Shown here piece by piece: positions 1-12,659 of a DNA stretch of 64,000 nucleotides (its first letter is position 1; each line of letters opens with the position of its first letter). Position numbers and translations under genes: made by a program. Below the pieces are notes generated by a model that did no database searches, was not told the origin of the DNA, and worked only from the letters and a program-made list of their open reading frames with translations. The DNA comes from Ascoidea asiatica JCM 7603 (taxonomy: Eukaryota > Fungi > Ascomycota), in contig BCKQ01000002.1 in NCBI GenBank assembly GCA_001600695.1, positions 1,199,184-1,263,183 on the forward strand, written 5' to 3'.

Positions 1-500
1 CTATGTTTCAAACAACATTTAGTAATATTCCAATAAAAATTAAAAATAGATTAATTGTCAGAGGTTTTTTTAGATTAAGTAATTATTTTTGGAATATACT
101 TATTGGATCATCACAATATATAAGTGATATTGGAATTTCAAATTTTGAAATTGATTTACATTATATTGAAAATTTATTAAATGATTTAACTTTAGGTCAT
201 AAAGATAATGATGAAAATTATAAAAATATGAAAATTCAATTTGAAAAATTAAATCAATTAATTTTACTTTTAAAAACTGCAAGTTATGATGATTATAGAA
301 ATGGATTAAATACAAGATATTCATTAATTAAAAGAGATGTTGGATTTGATTTACTTAATAAATATAAAATTGGAAATAGATATTTAAGAGATATAATTTT
401 TAATCCAAGTGATGTTGAAGAATCAAATTCTCCAAGAAGTCCAACTTCTTCAATGAAATTTTCAACTAAATTTTATAATAGATTCAGAAGTAGCAAATAG
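1..500 (+). CDS. SEC15: Exocyst subunit Sec15, C-terminal part (gene starts upstream of the window)
   Basis: ISNFEIDLHYIE...FEKLNQLILLL...YDDYRN..NTRYSLIK..GFDLLNKY resembles the Sec15 C-terminal domain (NFdlDvxYle, FxeLxQlixLL, RYsrv); the ATG at 3 is probably internal. Confidence 0.7.
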   Translation, partial: MFQTTFSNIPIKIKNRLIVRGFFRLSNYFWNILIGSSQYISDIGISNFEIDLHYIENLLNDLTLGHKDNDENYKNMKIQFEKLNQLILLLKTASYDDYRNGLNTRYSLIKRDVGFDLLNKYKIGNRYLRDIIFNPSDVEESNSPRSPTSSMKFSTKFYNRFRSSK

Positions 501-1216
501 TTTTCACTTAATATAAAGAAAATTAATTTCGAAATCAATTTTAATATTGTAATTTGGTAAAATATTCTATAATATCTTTAAAACTATTCAACAGTCAAAA
601 AAATTGTCTTTTCTGAAAAAGGTATGACAGAATGCGGGAAAATGTTCAAAAGGCAGAAACTTACATATTCTGTTCTAAACCTTATTTTCCATTATAAATA
701 TGAATTCTAAATTTTAGATTCAAATTGTTTTGAAAAGCAAAAGTTTTAATAAGGATGAAAATGAGAATAGGGGATTGAATTTTTTCAATGAGCAGCAAAT
801 TTTACTTGAAAAGTAAGATTTAGTTTGAGTGTTTCTATTTGATGGTCTACAATGTTTTTGATTTTGTAATAAAAAATATGAAATGAGAAGAAAAGAAGCT
901 CGAATATTGTATATAGAGATGCTTAATTTTGTGAAAAGAGATATTCAGTATATATATTACAACTTCACTTAATCCTAATTTTGTCTTACTTTTCAATTTA
1001 TTCTGATTTCTATCAATATCCATGATACGAACTTTTGACCCAGTAATGTAGATCATGTAGTGGCCAATTCTAGAAAGCAAAAACTACAATGATGAATATG
1101 AACAAGATCCTCATGATTGTTGTAATTTGTATTTTTAATTGTAGTTTGTAATTGTAACTGCAGTTGTTGATTGATTATCTCGAGCTTCACAAAGAGAAAT
1201 AAAGGTTAAAGCCAGA

Positions 1217-1224
1217 CACGTGAT
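1217..1224. promoter_or_regulatory. Cbf1/bHLH-type site (ATCACGTG on minus strand) upstream of TCA17
   Basis: Exact RTCACRTG match about 140 bp before the ATG at 1360; the same consensus recurs at 17821, 55533 and 57554. Confidence 0.45.
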
Positions 1225-1359
1225 CATATATAGCTTTATATTTGAGTGTCCTTAAAGGTGTTAAGACGAGTGTATCGCAGGAGGATTGAAAACTATTTCT
1301 GAAGAGTTCATCAAAAGAAACAGATTCAAGCTACTCTTCTTCAAAAACATTACCAGAAA

Positions 1360-2265
1360 ATGTCTAATTTTTCAGTATATTTTGTTTCCCTAATAACCAG
1401 AGACGTACGTGCTTTACTTATTTATTCCAATTTATCGTTTGTTTTCAAGAATTGTTTCTAACTCTTTTTTTTTCATAATTTATAGAATCATCCTTTGCAT
1501 ATTCAATCTTTCTCACCTTTTGAAGAACAGGAAGAAGAAAAAGAATTGAATGTAAAGACAGAATTGGAAAAAACTGAAAAAATAGAAAAAGAACCAATAA
1601 TTTCTGAAATAATACAAAAACCAGAATCTAATGAAAAAGTGGATAATAAGGAAGTTGTGGAAAAAAAACCTGACATAAAGACTGACAGTATAAAAGAAAA
1701 TGATCAAGAAAAGGACAATGAAATAGATAAGGAAAAAGTTATAGAAAATGAGAAAGATATAGTAAAGGAAAACGTAGAAAACGTAGAAAACGTGGAAAAA
1801 GAAGAAAAAGAAGAAAAAGAAGAAAAAGAAGAAAAAGAAGAATATGATGAAGATTCAATGTTTGATAAAAGTATAACGGATTTGGTTTTTGTTCAAGGAA
1901 GTAAAGCTAATGAATTTTTAAAATATAATTTTTTATCAAATATGGCACTTGATGTATTTTTATCAACTTTTTATGAACCACCAACAAATGATCAAGTTTC
2001 AATGCTTTTATTTATTCAAGATGGAATATCTGTTTATGGTTATGAAACAAATACTGGTTTAAAAATAGTAATAGGAACTTCTGCAAATGAAAATGTAAGT
2101 ACAAAATTAGATCCTGTATTTAAAGGCGTCCATCAAGCTTATCTTAGATTAATTTGTAATCCATTTCAAAATTTAGATGATAAATCTTTAGCTACTAGTA
2201 AAAGGTTTGAAAAACTAATAAAAGATGTTGTACTCACTTGGAATTCAAACATTAAAAAAAGTTGA
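1360..2265 (+). CDS. TCA17: TRAPP complex sedlin-like subunit Tca17/TRAPPC2L; exons 1360-1404 and 1486-2265
   Basis: Exon 1 MSNFSVYFVSLITRD, donor GTACGT at 1405, branch TTCTAAC at 1456, acceptor TAG at 1483-1485, joins in frame to NHPLHIQSF; longin motifs LKYNFLSNMALDVF, VYGYETNTGLKIVI, YLRLICNPF; about 100-aa E/K-rich insert. Confidence 0.88.
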
Positions 2266-2388
2266 AAAAAGTTATTTATAATAATTATATCTTATCAATA
2301 TCTTATCAATATATAACAGTTATGTAGCTTTATAAATGATTCTACATTATTTCCACAAATTAAAATTTTTCTTTTTCATTTTATTTTA

Positions 2389-5300
2389 TTATTTTCCATC
2401 CTTTTCTTCACAAACTGACAGCTCTCCATTTTCGGAACTTCCTGAAGCATCTTCTTTACTTTTGTTAATATTACCAAATAATGATAATCTTTTCACAAGC
2501 GACTTAGTACCACGTTCTTCTCCTTTTTTAACTTTTTCAGATTTTTCTGACTTTTCAGATCTTTCTTCTGCAGTTACAATATCTTCAATTTTGGATAATT
2601 CACTATTACTATTTGTATTAGTAGAACTTGGCGTTGGAGCTGGAGTAACAGAATAAACTGTAAAACTGGTTCCTGAAGAAACTGTTCTTTGATGACTAGC
2701 TGATCTAGAAATAGAAAGATTTTTTCTCATACCCTTAGGAAATAATTTAGATGTACGAGACCCTTCAGGAGCTTCATTGATTATTTTAGTTGGTGAATTA
2801 GAAGGATTGTTACCTGTAAATAGAAATTTTTTCTTGAAAAAAGATGGTGAAGATGATTGAAAATTATCTCCATCACGGCTACCATCTAAGCTGGAAGTTG
2901 AGTCTTTTGTCTCTACTACTTTACCGTTAGTATTATTTGTATTATTTGAATTTAAAACCTTTGAAGAAAGTGAAGAAAATTTTGATAAATTAATACTTCC
3001 TTGATCAGAATTAGTTGATGCAAATCCGATACTTGGAGCATTTTCAAGAATTCTAGTGGAGTCAAAATTTGAAATATATGAAGTATCTGATATTTCTTTT
3101 CCTGGGAAAATTTCATTAGAAGATGGTTTGTTATGTATAACTGTAGAATCATAATTATTTTCTTCCGGTTCTTGATAACTTAAAGTATTTATAGGTCTAT
3201 TTGAATGATTATCTGAATTTAAATTATTATCAATGTTTGTCACACTATTCACTATGGAATTTTTAATTGGTTGATCATTAAGTTGAAAATCTGGCCATTG
3301 CATTTGAGATTCAGGCTTTATAGTTGTAATATGATTATTAAATATTGAACCTGTTTTTATTGAATAATTACTTTGTGTATCAAGTGTATTCAAGTTCAAA
3401 TTACTTGGCATTGGTGAATTATGACTATTATTATTACCCAAATTATTAAAAAAAGAATTGGCACCAGAATAATTATTTCCCCAATTATGACTTTCTAAGG
3501 CATTATTCAAATTAAATTGTTGAGTAGATTGAAGGGAAGCCGGATTACTATATGCACTTCCTACACTTCCACTTCTTTCTCTATAATATGTTGGAGGCAA
3601 CAAATTGTTATAAGAAGAAATGGTTCCATTTCTTGATCTGCTACTAGCAATTGCATTACTAATAGTTCCATTAAGATCAGCAGAATCAAGTTTTCCATCA
3701 ATTGAATCTTGTTGAGTTTTATGTTTTCTGAAAAAACGACTTCCCCTTACAACAGAATTATTAGGTTGTAAATTATTAGAAGGAGCTGGAGCTTGTTCTT
3801 CAAGTTTATTACTTTTACCAAAAGAGCCGAAAGTAAAAACATTAGATAATTTTTTAGGCGAAAAAGCCGAGGCGATAGATTGGTGATTTTGTTGTTGCTG
3901 TACTTGTTCATTGGATAAAGTACTAAATAAATTTGTAGAATTTACCGGATTTAATGAATTGAGACCTAATTCATTAGAATATACAGAAGCAGTAGCATTA
4001 TGGTTAGATAAAGCACTGCTATGAGAAAGAATTGGAGCAACACCTGTTTCTAAATTCATTGATACTCTAGGAGGAGATGCTGCTAAATCATTCGAATGCA
4101 TTCCAAAGTTTGACTGATTGTTTCTTCCACTCAATATACTTCTAACAGAAGGGGCAAAATTTATAGAAGAATTGTCGAAACTATTCAAACCTAGTAAGGA
4201 AGAATTTCCAAGCATTGGGGAAGTACTACCATAATTTTTGTTCATATTGACCCCCTGCGAATTAATTGACATTCCATTAATTAATGATAGTTTTGAGTTT
4301 TTCCTGTGTAAAGGAGTACCTCCAGTTTGATATTGAGAGTAACTATCATCAAAATTAATAGCAACATTATCATCTTTCATTGTGTTCATTCTGTATTCCT
4401 TCATATAAGAAATCATACCTTCATTCAATTCTTCTGCTTCTATAATACTTGAAGGTAAAAGCATTCTAACGTTAGGAGATTGAATTTTTTCTTCTAAGTT
4501 ATCATGAGAAAGTAAAGTTCTTGTATTTATAACTAGTTCAGGTTTTATTGTATTTTGAAGTGGTGAAGGTTTATTTGAAGAGTTGGAGCTATTACTATTG
4601 CTTTTATTCCAACCACTCAAAAGACTTAGGCTATTAACGTTAGATATTGAATCAGATGGAGCTATATACTGACCATTGAGATTATTCATATTGGAGGTTG
4701 TGCCCAAGGAAGATTGATTTTGTGAGAATTGGGGAACCATTGAATTTTGATTTGAATAATAGCTCAAAGGATGATCTGTGTTCATCGGTGTGGTTACATT
4801 AATAGATAAAGGTGTATTAAGTAATAGGTTATTGTTGAAATTAACGGTTTGCAGTGGATTAAGATTGCTGGAATTTGCCATTTGATTATTATTGAGGGAG
4901 CCCACATTGAAAATATTATTACTTATTTCTGGATTATTGTTTCCAATAACAAGGTTATTATTATTAATACTAGTATTATTGGTGCCATTGATATTGGAAT
5001 TGGGTATATCAGTATTATTGGTATCCGAAATATTAGAATATTCTCCCATTAGATAGGAGCTAGGATCATTTGAGATATTATTGCTATTATTGTTATTGAG
5101 CCCATTTAACATAATATTTTTATCATTGATATTATTTTCATCTTGAATATTATTATTGATGTTATTCAAATTATTTATGTTATTTAGATTATTGATATTG
5201 TTATTCAAACCGTTAATCATTAAGTTTGTATCGTTAGAGGCACCAGCTAAAATAATTGTATTTCCACTTGTTATAAAAGTACTACTCTTTTTACTGGTAA

Positions 5301-6876
5301 TGTTCTTTTTGTTATTTATAATATTTTGATTAATTTCGTTAACACTGATAATATTGGTATGATTAGTTATATTAAATTTTAGAAGCTCATATTCTTTTTT
5401 AGCACTATCATGCCTTGAATAAACATCTTTTAATTTTTTTACTTCTTGTTGTTCCAGTGCTCTCCATTGTCCTTCTAATCTCAAATCTTCATAGGCACTA
5501 CTGGTTATTTCATCTTTCCATTCAGAATTCATTTCTCCTAATTGTCTGATAACTTTTTCATTTAAATATCCAACTTTATCATCTTTTTCTTTTAATTTTT
5601 GAAAGATTTCAATATATTTGTCTTTATTTTGTTCCAATTTTTTTCTCTTTTGAATGAACTCTTTTGTTTCTGGTTCTAGTTTTGAAATTTCTTCTTTGTA
5701 ATCGCTCAAAGTGGTTTTTAAACTGGATACTTTGAAAGTTAAATCTTTAATTGTGGTTGGCTTATTTTCCATTAATTTTTCTTGTTTGGATTTATATTCC
5801 TCAGATTTAACTGAAAAATTTTTAATTTCACTTTTCATTTTTTCAATATGCTTTTTTTTATTAGATATTCTATCTATTAATTTATCAGCATGCATTCTTT
5901 TTTTTCTTTTAGATTCATCTAAACCATTGCATGTAGCTTTTAATTGAGCTCTTTGTTCATCTTCAAGTTTTTTTCTTTTCTTGAGACGTTCTCTATCTTC
6001 AATAGCATTTTTCTTTTTCTCTTGAAAATCTTCTATAACTTGATTTATCGAGTCATTTGTGACATTTAAAAGATCTTGTCTTGACATCCATTCTGCTTTC
6101 AATTCTTCCAAATCAGTGATATCTAAATCTTTAGAATCTCTAGATTCGAAATTTATTACAGTAGCAGCAGTATTTGATCTTGATCTTGAGCCTTGATTGA
6201 ATGTTCTTCTATGTTTAATCAATGATTCATCATTATTCGTTAAAAAATTCAAAATATTATCCGGATTTTGTAAAATAGGATTAGCCATTGAAATTGATAG
6301 AAAATTGTTATCATTAACATTCAAGTTATTATTATTATTATTATTTTGATAATTTGTATTTGCTCTTGAAGCTCTTGAATTATTATTGTTGTTGTTATTA
6401 TTGTTGGATGGATTCACATTTGAATTTCCCAGATTTAATATTGAATAAAGAGAATTAAATTTTTGATCAATATTCCCAGTATCCAGATTTTTATTTCTAG
6501 TTTTGATATAAACAGGAATACTTTTTGTTCTAAAATTAGATCCAGAAATTGCAATAACATCAATTTGATAATGAGTTTCTTGATTTAAATTAGATATTAT
6601 ACAAGAATTTTGATTTTGATCTAAAGTTGTAATTTGAATACCATTAAGATAAACAATAAAATGATGTTTCGAATTTGGAGATTTAAAAATATTTTTTTTT
6701 GACCAGTGAATTGAAACATTATCTGAGGTGATTTTATCAACAGAAACAACAGGAATCTTTGGTATGTCGATATTTAAAGATTCTATTATTTCTTTTAAAG
6801 AAATTGTAAATATTCTTGAGAATCGATAAACTAACCAAGAAAAAGCAAATATCACAGTTAAAGAGGATAAAATCAT
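2389..6876 (-). CDS. GTA1: Membrane-anchored fibronectin type III + coiled-coil protein with long Asn/Ser-rich tail (YEL043W/Gta1-like)
   Basis: N-terminal TM helix, FN3 signature (SIHW...VYLNG...ISNLNQETHYQIDVIA), long coiled coil; sits next to IES6 and TCA17 as YEL043W does in S. cerevisiae. Confidence 0.7.
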   Translation of the reverse strand: MILSSLTVIFAFSWLVYRFSRIFTISLKEIIESLNIDIPKIPVVSVDKITSDNVSIHWSKKNIFKSPNSKHHFIVYLNGIQITTLDQNQNSCIISNLNQETHYQIDVIAISGSNFRTKSIPVYIKTRNKNLDTGNIDQKFNSLYSILNLGNSNVNPSNNNNNNNNNSRASRANTNYQNNNNNNNLNVNDNNFLSISMANPILQNPDNILNFLTNNDESLIKHRRTFNQGSRSRSNTAATVINFESRDSKDLDITDLEELKAEWMSRQDLLNVTNDSINQVIEDFQEKKKNAIEDRERLKKRKKLEDEQRAQLKATCNGLDESKRKKRMHADKLIDRISNKKKHIEKMKSEIKNFSVKSEEYKSKQEKLMENKPTTIKDLTFKVSSLKTTLSDYKEEISKLEPETKEFIQKRKKLEQNKDKYIEIFQKLKEKDDKVGYLNEKVIRQLGEMNSEWKDEITSSAYEDLRLEGQWRALEQQEVKKLKDVYSRHDSAKKEYELLKFNITNHTNIISVNEINQNIINNKKNITSKKSSTFITSGNTIILAGASNDTNLMINGLNNNINNLNNINNLNNINNNIQDENNINDKNIMLNGLNNNNSNNISNDPSSYLMGEYSNISDTNNTDIPNSNINGTNNTSINNNNLVIGNNNPEISNNIFNVGSLNNNQMANSSNLNPLQTVNFNNNLLLNTPLSINVTTPMNTDHPLSYYSNQNSMVPQFSQNQSSLGTTSNMNNLNGQYIAPSDSISNVNSLSLLSGWNKSNSNSSNSSNKPSPLQNTIKPELVINTRTLLSHDNLEEKIQSPNVRMLLPSSIIEAEELNEGMISYMKEYRMNTMKDDNVAINFDDSYSQYQTGGTPLHRKNSKLSLINGMSINSQGVNMNKNYGSTSPMLGNSSLLGLNSFDNSSINFAPSVRSILSGRNNQSNFGMHSNDLAASPPRVSMNLETGVAPILSHSSALSNHNATASVYSNELGLNSLNPVNSTNLFSTLSNEQVQQQQNHQSIASAFSPKKLSNVFTFGSFGKSNKLEEQAPAPSNNLQPNNSVVRGSRFFRKHKTQQDSIDGKLDSADLNGTISNAIASSRSRNGTISSYNNLLPPTYYRERSGSVGSAYSNPASLQSTQQFNLNNALESHNWGNNYSGANSFFNNLGNNNSHNSPMPSNLNLNTLDTQSNYSIKTGSIFNNHITTIKPESQMQWPDFQLNDQPIKNSIVNSVTNIDNNLNSDNHSNRPINTLSYQEPEENNYDSTVIHNKPSSNEIFPGKEISDTSYISNFDSTRILENAPSIGFASTNSDQGSINLSKFSSLSSKVLNSNNTNNTNGKVVETKDSTSSLDGSRDGDNFQSSSPSFFKKKFLFTGNNPSNSPTKIINEAPEGSRTSKLFPKGMRKNLSISRSASHQRTVSSGTSFTVYSVTPAPTPSSTNTNSNSELSKIEDIVTAEERSEKSEKSEKVKKGEERGTKSLVKRLSLFGNINKSKEDASGSSENGELSVCEEKDGK

Positions 6877-7641
6877 TTTGAACTTTTCAGTTTATTTGAT
6901 AAAAACTGGAAAACTGAAAAATAGATTATTCTTGAGATTATAAATAAATAGTTTCTTTGGAAAATTTATTTTGAGAGTTATTTGAATACTAGAGTGTTGA
7001 AAAAAATAATTTATTGAGGTTATTCTCCATGGATTTAAACAAAAAGAAAGATACTTTCAAATTGATTAACAATAAAGTAATATTTGAAAGCGATGGAAAT
7101 TTTTTTTGAATAATTATTCTTCCTGTGTGATATTTTATCTCTTACAAAGCAGGTGAATATTTGAAATATTTATTTGAAAGAAAGTATTGTAAATTAAAGA
7201 TTTACTTGACTTATATTAGAGCTTTATTCAGTTCCTTTGAGGTAGAGAATAATGAGCCTCCAATGTTTTTGAAAAAAAAAACAAGACAAAACTTTTTCAG
7301 GAAAAGAATGCAAACTTCTTTTACTTAAAACTTATAATATTTTGATCTTAATCGTTTCAGAGATTTTGATTGAAAAGGAATTTGAATATTTCATTAAATA
7401 TACAAACAGGCAATTGCTATTGAATATATTATCCCAAAAGCGGACTCTCTGCAACTTTTACTAAGGAGGCGAAATTGTAAAGTTAAAAAACTCTTTTTCT
7501 TTTAAGTTAATTAACTGTAAAATAATTCAAGTCAATTAAGTACTAGATATGTGCTAATTTGGCTTATTATATATTCTAATTACAAACTTAGAGAAACCAA
7601 TCAAATATATTAGTTGATACACATCCAACCAGTTTATAGTA

Positions 7642-8016
7642 ATGGCTCCATCAAATGAGTTTTATAGTGCTGCGGTCCAGAGACCTGTTTGCTTCAAGAA
7701 CCCAACTTGGAAAGCTCCTTACAGAAGACACAAACCTTTGAAACAACTTGTTTCTGATGAACAGAAAAGACTTAATTCTCTACCTCCAGAAAAGAAGAAA
7801 CCAGATATGGTTACCTATTTCTCAGTCAATGCTTATCCTTCCTTGAAACCAAGAAAAAACTATTGCGATATAACTGGATTGAAAGGTAATTACAAAACTC
7901 CAAATATTGGGTTGAAGTATTACAATACTGAAGTTTATGAAGTAATTAAGAATATGGGAACTGGAATTGATCAACAATATCTTGAATTAAGAAATGCAAA
8001 TGTAATTTTACGTTAG
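7642..8016 (+). CDS. IES6: INO80 chromatin-remodelling subunit Ies6 (YL1-C domain)
   Basis: FKNPTWK..RRHKPLKQL, TYFSVNAYPSLKPRKNYCDITGL, QQYLELRNANVILR. Confidence 0.95.
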   Translation: MAPSNEFYSAAVQRPVCFKNPTWKAPYRRHKPLKQLVSDEQKRLNSLPPEKKKPDMVTYFSVNAYPSLKPRKNYCDITGLKGNYKTPNIGLKYYNTEVYEVIKNMGTGIDQQYLELRNANVILR

Positions 8017-8704
8017 TTTTATTCTTTGCCCTCATTTTTTTTTAGAAGACTACTTTTCTTTTATTAAACAGATGAATATATGAATTGAATTAAACGGATA
8101 TAAAAATATCTTTAATATATGTTAAATGAAACCAACAAAAACTCAGAATTAAATAAAATGATTGAATTGAAGAAACAATAAAGTAAACATAAACAAGATA
8201 CAAGAAAAATAACCAAAAAAACAAAAGCAAAAGCAAAAACAAATAAAAACAAGAACAAAAACAGAATAAAAACAAAAACAAAAAGCAAAATAAAATAAAA
8301 AACTCAATAAAAAAACGAAAATAGAAACTAAGCAAATAAAAATGTTGAAATGTGTGTGTTTGTGTGAAAGAAGAAAGTTATAACAAAAAATCAAATAAAA
8401 AACGAAAAAAGGTAACGAAAAAAGACAAAGATAAAGATAAAAGAATAAAAGTTTAATAAAAGTGTCAAAAATAGTTTAAAAAATGAGAAATCATTAACAA
8501 ATGATTCATGCAAAGTTTTATGATAAAGTTTTTCTTCTTTAACAATTATATAAAAATTAAATAGTCTTGATATAAATTTAAAAATAAACAGCGAATGTCA
8601 ACTATAGGAAAAATTGAAAAGTATCACTTTTTAAATTTGACTAAAAAAAAAAAAAATAACTTCCATAGATCGGAAAAATTTCTAGAGTAAATCAAGAATA
8701 AATT

Positions 8705-10465
8705 TCAGCTATCCTTATTAATATTATCAAAAATTGAATCAACATTAAGAGTTGATGAAAATGAAGAATTGAAATCATCCCCAAGTTCTAATTTAAAGTC
8801 TAATTGTTCATTAGTTAACTGGTCGATTTCCCTTTGCTGCTGAACTGTTTCTTCACTTGGATCAGTATAGTTAAAAATATAACTATAATCATCACGTTGC
8901 ACACTATTTTCATTGATAGACATAGTTTTAGATTCTTTACTTTTCTGTTTATGATCTCTTTGATTCATTAAATTTTCAATTGAATTTTGAAGTAAATTGA
9001 AACTTGGTTTTCTATGATGATAAGTTTTGGTACTTGTAGTGATAGTATTATTGCTTGATCTTCTACTATTAAAGCCAGAATTTGAATTGTTTTGATTTGA
9101 ATTAGGTGAAGTAAATGAAAAAAGTTTTGACAGTCTTTTGGAAGGGGTTGTATTTAAAGAACTAATTGAATCAGAACGATTACGAGAAGTACTTTCCTTT
9201 AGATTATTATTTTTACCATAATGATTATTATTATTATTATTATTATTATAATTTTCGGTTCGATTATTGTTCAAAAGAGTGTTACTTGAAGAATTATTTG
9301 AAGCATAATTTGATATACAATTTGAGTTTAGATTTGAATTTGAATTTAGCTTTGAAGTGGAAGTAAAACTAGAAGTATTGTTAGAAGTAAAATTAGAAAG
9401 ATGATTATTTGAACTATGATTTCCAGAAAAGGCATTCAATAAATTCGAAAAACTTTTTTTTCTTTGTCTTCCCTTTTTTATAGGAGGGTTATTTATAGTA
9501 GAGTTAGAGTTATTATTAACTGGTTGAGTTCCAAAACTTGAATTTGAGGAACTATTATATATATCTTTTGTTGATAAAATTGAGTTACTTGTAGATGTTT
9601 TACTTATCAAACTTTGACTTTCATTATTATGACCAAAATTGTTAAAAGTATTTAAATCATTATAATTATTATAATCAATTCCAGGAGATTGTTCTTTAAT
9701 AAAATTTGAAATTTGAGTTGAACTTTCATTTAAATTTTGATTGTCTTGATAATGTTCATTTTTAATGAAATTAAATTTTGGATTATTAGAATTTGAAACT
9801 GGACTTGTTGGGCTATTAAGAAAATAACTTCTTTTATGTCTATGTCTATTATCGATATCAAGATTTAAAGGAATACCAATTGAATTTGTAAAAGTAGAAT
9901 AATTTTGTTGATTTTGTTGATTTGAATTAAAAGATTTATTTTTATTTGAATTATTTTTAATTTGAGTTTTTTTATTTTTTAAAATTAATTTTAATTTTTG
10001 TTTATCTTTTTTTTTAGCTTTTTCTTTTTGTTTATTTTCATATTCATTCATTAAAATTCTTGTATTTATAATATCAGTATATGGATTTTCATAAACTAAA
10101 TTTTTAGTTTTTTCTAAATGATTAATTAATTGATTTTTATTTGAATCAATATTATTATTTGGATTTGAAATTGAATAATTATTATTATTTAAAATTGAAT
10201 CATTTTCATTATCATTATCAACAGATTTAACACTACTTGGAGTTAAATTTCTTTGATGATTGATATTTGAATTTGAATTTGAATTAATAGTATTTGTATT
10301 ATTATTATTATCATTTGAACCATATGGTTGTATAGAAGAGTTATTTAATAGCATATTTGATAAATCAAAGAACAGTTGAGATTGATTAATATGATTATAT
10401 AGACTTAAATCATTATTTGTAATATTATTATTATGATTGTTATTGTTATTGTTATTTGTATTTTG

Positions 10466-10507
<42 letters not shown>

Positions 10508-11956
10508 TATATTATTAAGATTTTGATTATTATTAATATTATAAGAATTTAAATTAATTAAATCAATAATTTCATCAATATTTCTTTCAGAATATCTTAA
10601 ACAATTTTCAGCTAAGAATTTATAATAATAATTACCATATTCTAATTTAAAAGATTTTTTTTTAATAAATATAAAAGGTCTAAAATCATTTTCATTATCA
10701 ATATCATTATCATCTCTATTTTCAATATTATTAATATAATTTAAAGAATTTTCATCTTTAATAATAATTTGATTTAATAAACCAATTTCTTTAAAAAAAT
10801 TTCCAACAGCATTTTCACTTTCTAAATAACTTGGTAAATAATCATCAAATTGAAAATTTTTTAAAGAATTATTATTATTATTATTATTATCATTATTATT
10901 ATTAATAATATTATTATTATTGTCAATAGAATCATTTGAATAAGGAGAATAATCTAAATAAGTTAAAGTATTAAAATTATTAAAAATATTATAATTAAGA
11001 GATTGTAATTTTGGATCTAAAGAATGAAAAAATAAATCATTACCAATTTCAATATTATCAATATGATTAATAGATAAATTATTTTTATTAAAAGAATTTT
11101 TATAAGAAGGTGGAGATTTTAAAGGTAAAAAATTTGCAACAGAATGAGAATATCTTATTGCACTTATTAAAGAAGCAATATTACTTATTCTTTTTTTTGA
11201 ATTTGAATTTAATTCAATTATTGCAGTTTTTATATTATAATTTGAAATTAATGGAAAAATTATTGAAACATTATAAGATAATTTTGAATTTTTTAATAAA
11301 TTATTTTTTTTATTATTATTTAAATTATTATTTAAATTATTATTTAAATTATTATTAATTGATTTTTTTAATTGAGATTGTAATTGAAATTTTTCAATAT
11401 GACATTTTTTAATTTGATTAATTGGAATTGTGAAACTATATGGAATTTTTGGTTGATTTGAATTTATATATGGAATTATAATTATACGTAAAGTTGTTAA
11501 ATATATTAAGCAAAATTGATAAGATTTTAAATTTGAATTTAAAGATATTTTAATATTAGAATTATTAGAATTATTAGAATTATTAGAATTATTAGAATTA
11601 TTATTATTATTATTATTATTGATATTACTATTGGAAAAATATTTTTCATTTTCTTTTTCATTATCGGTAATATTATCTAAATAATTATCATTATAATCAT
11701 TATTATTATCATTATTATCATTATTATCATGATAATTATCATTATCATCATCATCATCATATAAATTTAAATTATTTGAATCATCATTTGATAATTTTTG
11801 ATAAAATTTTAATAAATTAGAATGTTGAATTGATAATGAATCAATATCTAATAATATATCAAAAGTACATTTTGTTATTGGAGTTAATTTTAAAATTAAT
11901 TCATTTGGGTATAAAACAGGTTTTGGTATAATCATTTGATGATTATTTAATGACAT
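8705..11956 (-). CDS. Uncharacterised Asn-rich protein; possible split PH/GRAM-like N-terminal domain followed by PPSY and LPSY motifs
   Basis: 1083-codon ORF with ATG in AAA context; IYLTTLRIII..FTIPINQIK resembles GRAM/GLUE beta strands; PY motifs at about 11102-11113 and 10826-10837. Confidence 0.75.
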
Positions 11957-12098
11957 TTTTATTTTTTTTTTTAAAAAAAGGTAATTAAAAGTAAGTAATG
12001 AATTTGATATAAATAATAAATGAATGATTGATTTATATTTTTTAGTTAATATTTATATTAGTTATATTGATAGTTTAATGATTTTTAGCAAAGGAGTG

Positions 12099-12101
12099 AA
12101 A

Positions 12102-12176
<75 letters not shown>

Positions 12177-12178
12177 AT
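12099..12178. repeat. (TAAA)n microsatellite
   Basis: About 20 perfect tetranucleotide copies. Confidence 0.95.
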
Positions 12179-12579
12179 TAAATAAAATAGAATAAAGAAT
12201 GTAGATAATATTATTGAGAATTTATTGATTGAAGAAACTGTCAAACATTGTATTTTTAATGATTATTGTATTTTATTATATTGTTATATTGATATATTGT
12301 TATACTGATATATTAATTATTATTATAAAGTGTGTTGTATTATGAGCAGACGATAATTTGAATTTGAATAAGTAATATGTAGCTGAAGATGAGTGAATGG
12401 AAGAGAGAATCAGAGAGTCGAATCAGAGAATCAAATAAAAGAGTATTTCAATCTATTTGTCTCAACATATATAATTGAATAAATAATAATTAAACTGATA
12501 GATAAAATATCAAATATGAAATATCAAATACTAAAAATCGAATATAATAATTATTTATTTAATACTGTATTTAAACCTT

Positions 12580-12650
12580 TATTTTGAGTATTTTGAGTAT
12601 TTTCAGTATTTTCAGTATTTTCAGTATTTTCAGTATTTTCAGTATTTTCA
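12580..12650. repeat. 9-bp tandem repeat (TATTTTCAG/TATTTTGAG)
   Basis: About 8 tandem copies at the edge of a GC-rich island. Confidence 0.9.
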
Positions 12651-12659
12651 TTGTTTAGT

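Noticed and set aside
8090-8394. Short Phe/Leu-rich ORFs (also 12062, 25898, 35261, 48229, 51562, 55259, 55693)
   Set aside because: Translations of A-rich or T-rich UTR tracts and microsatellites, with no protein-like complexity
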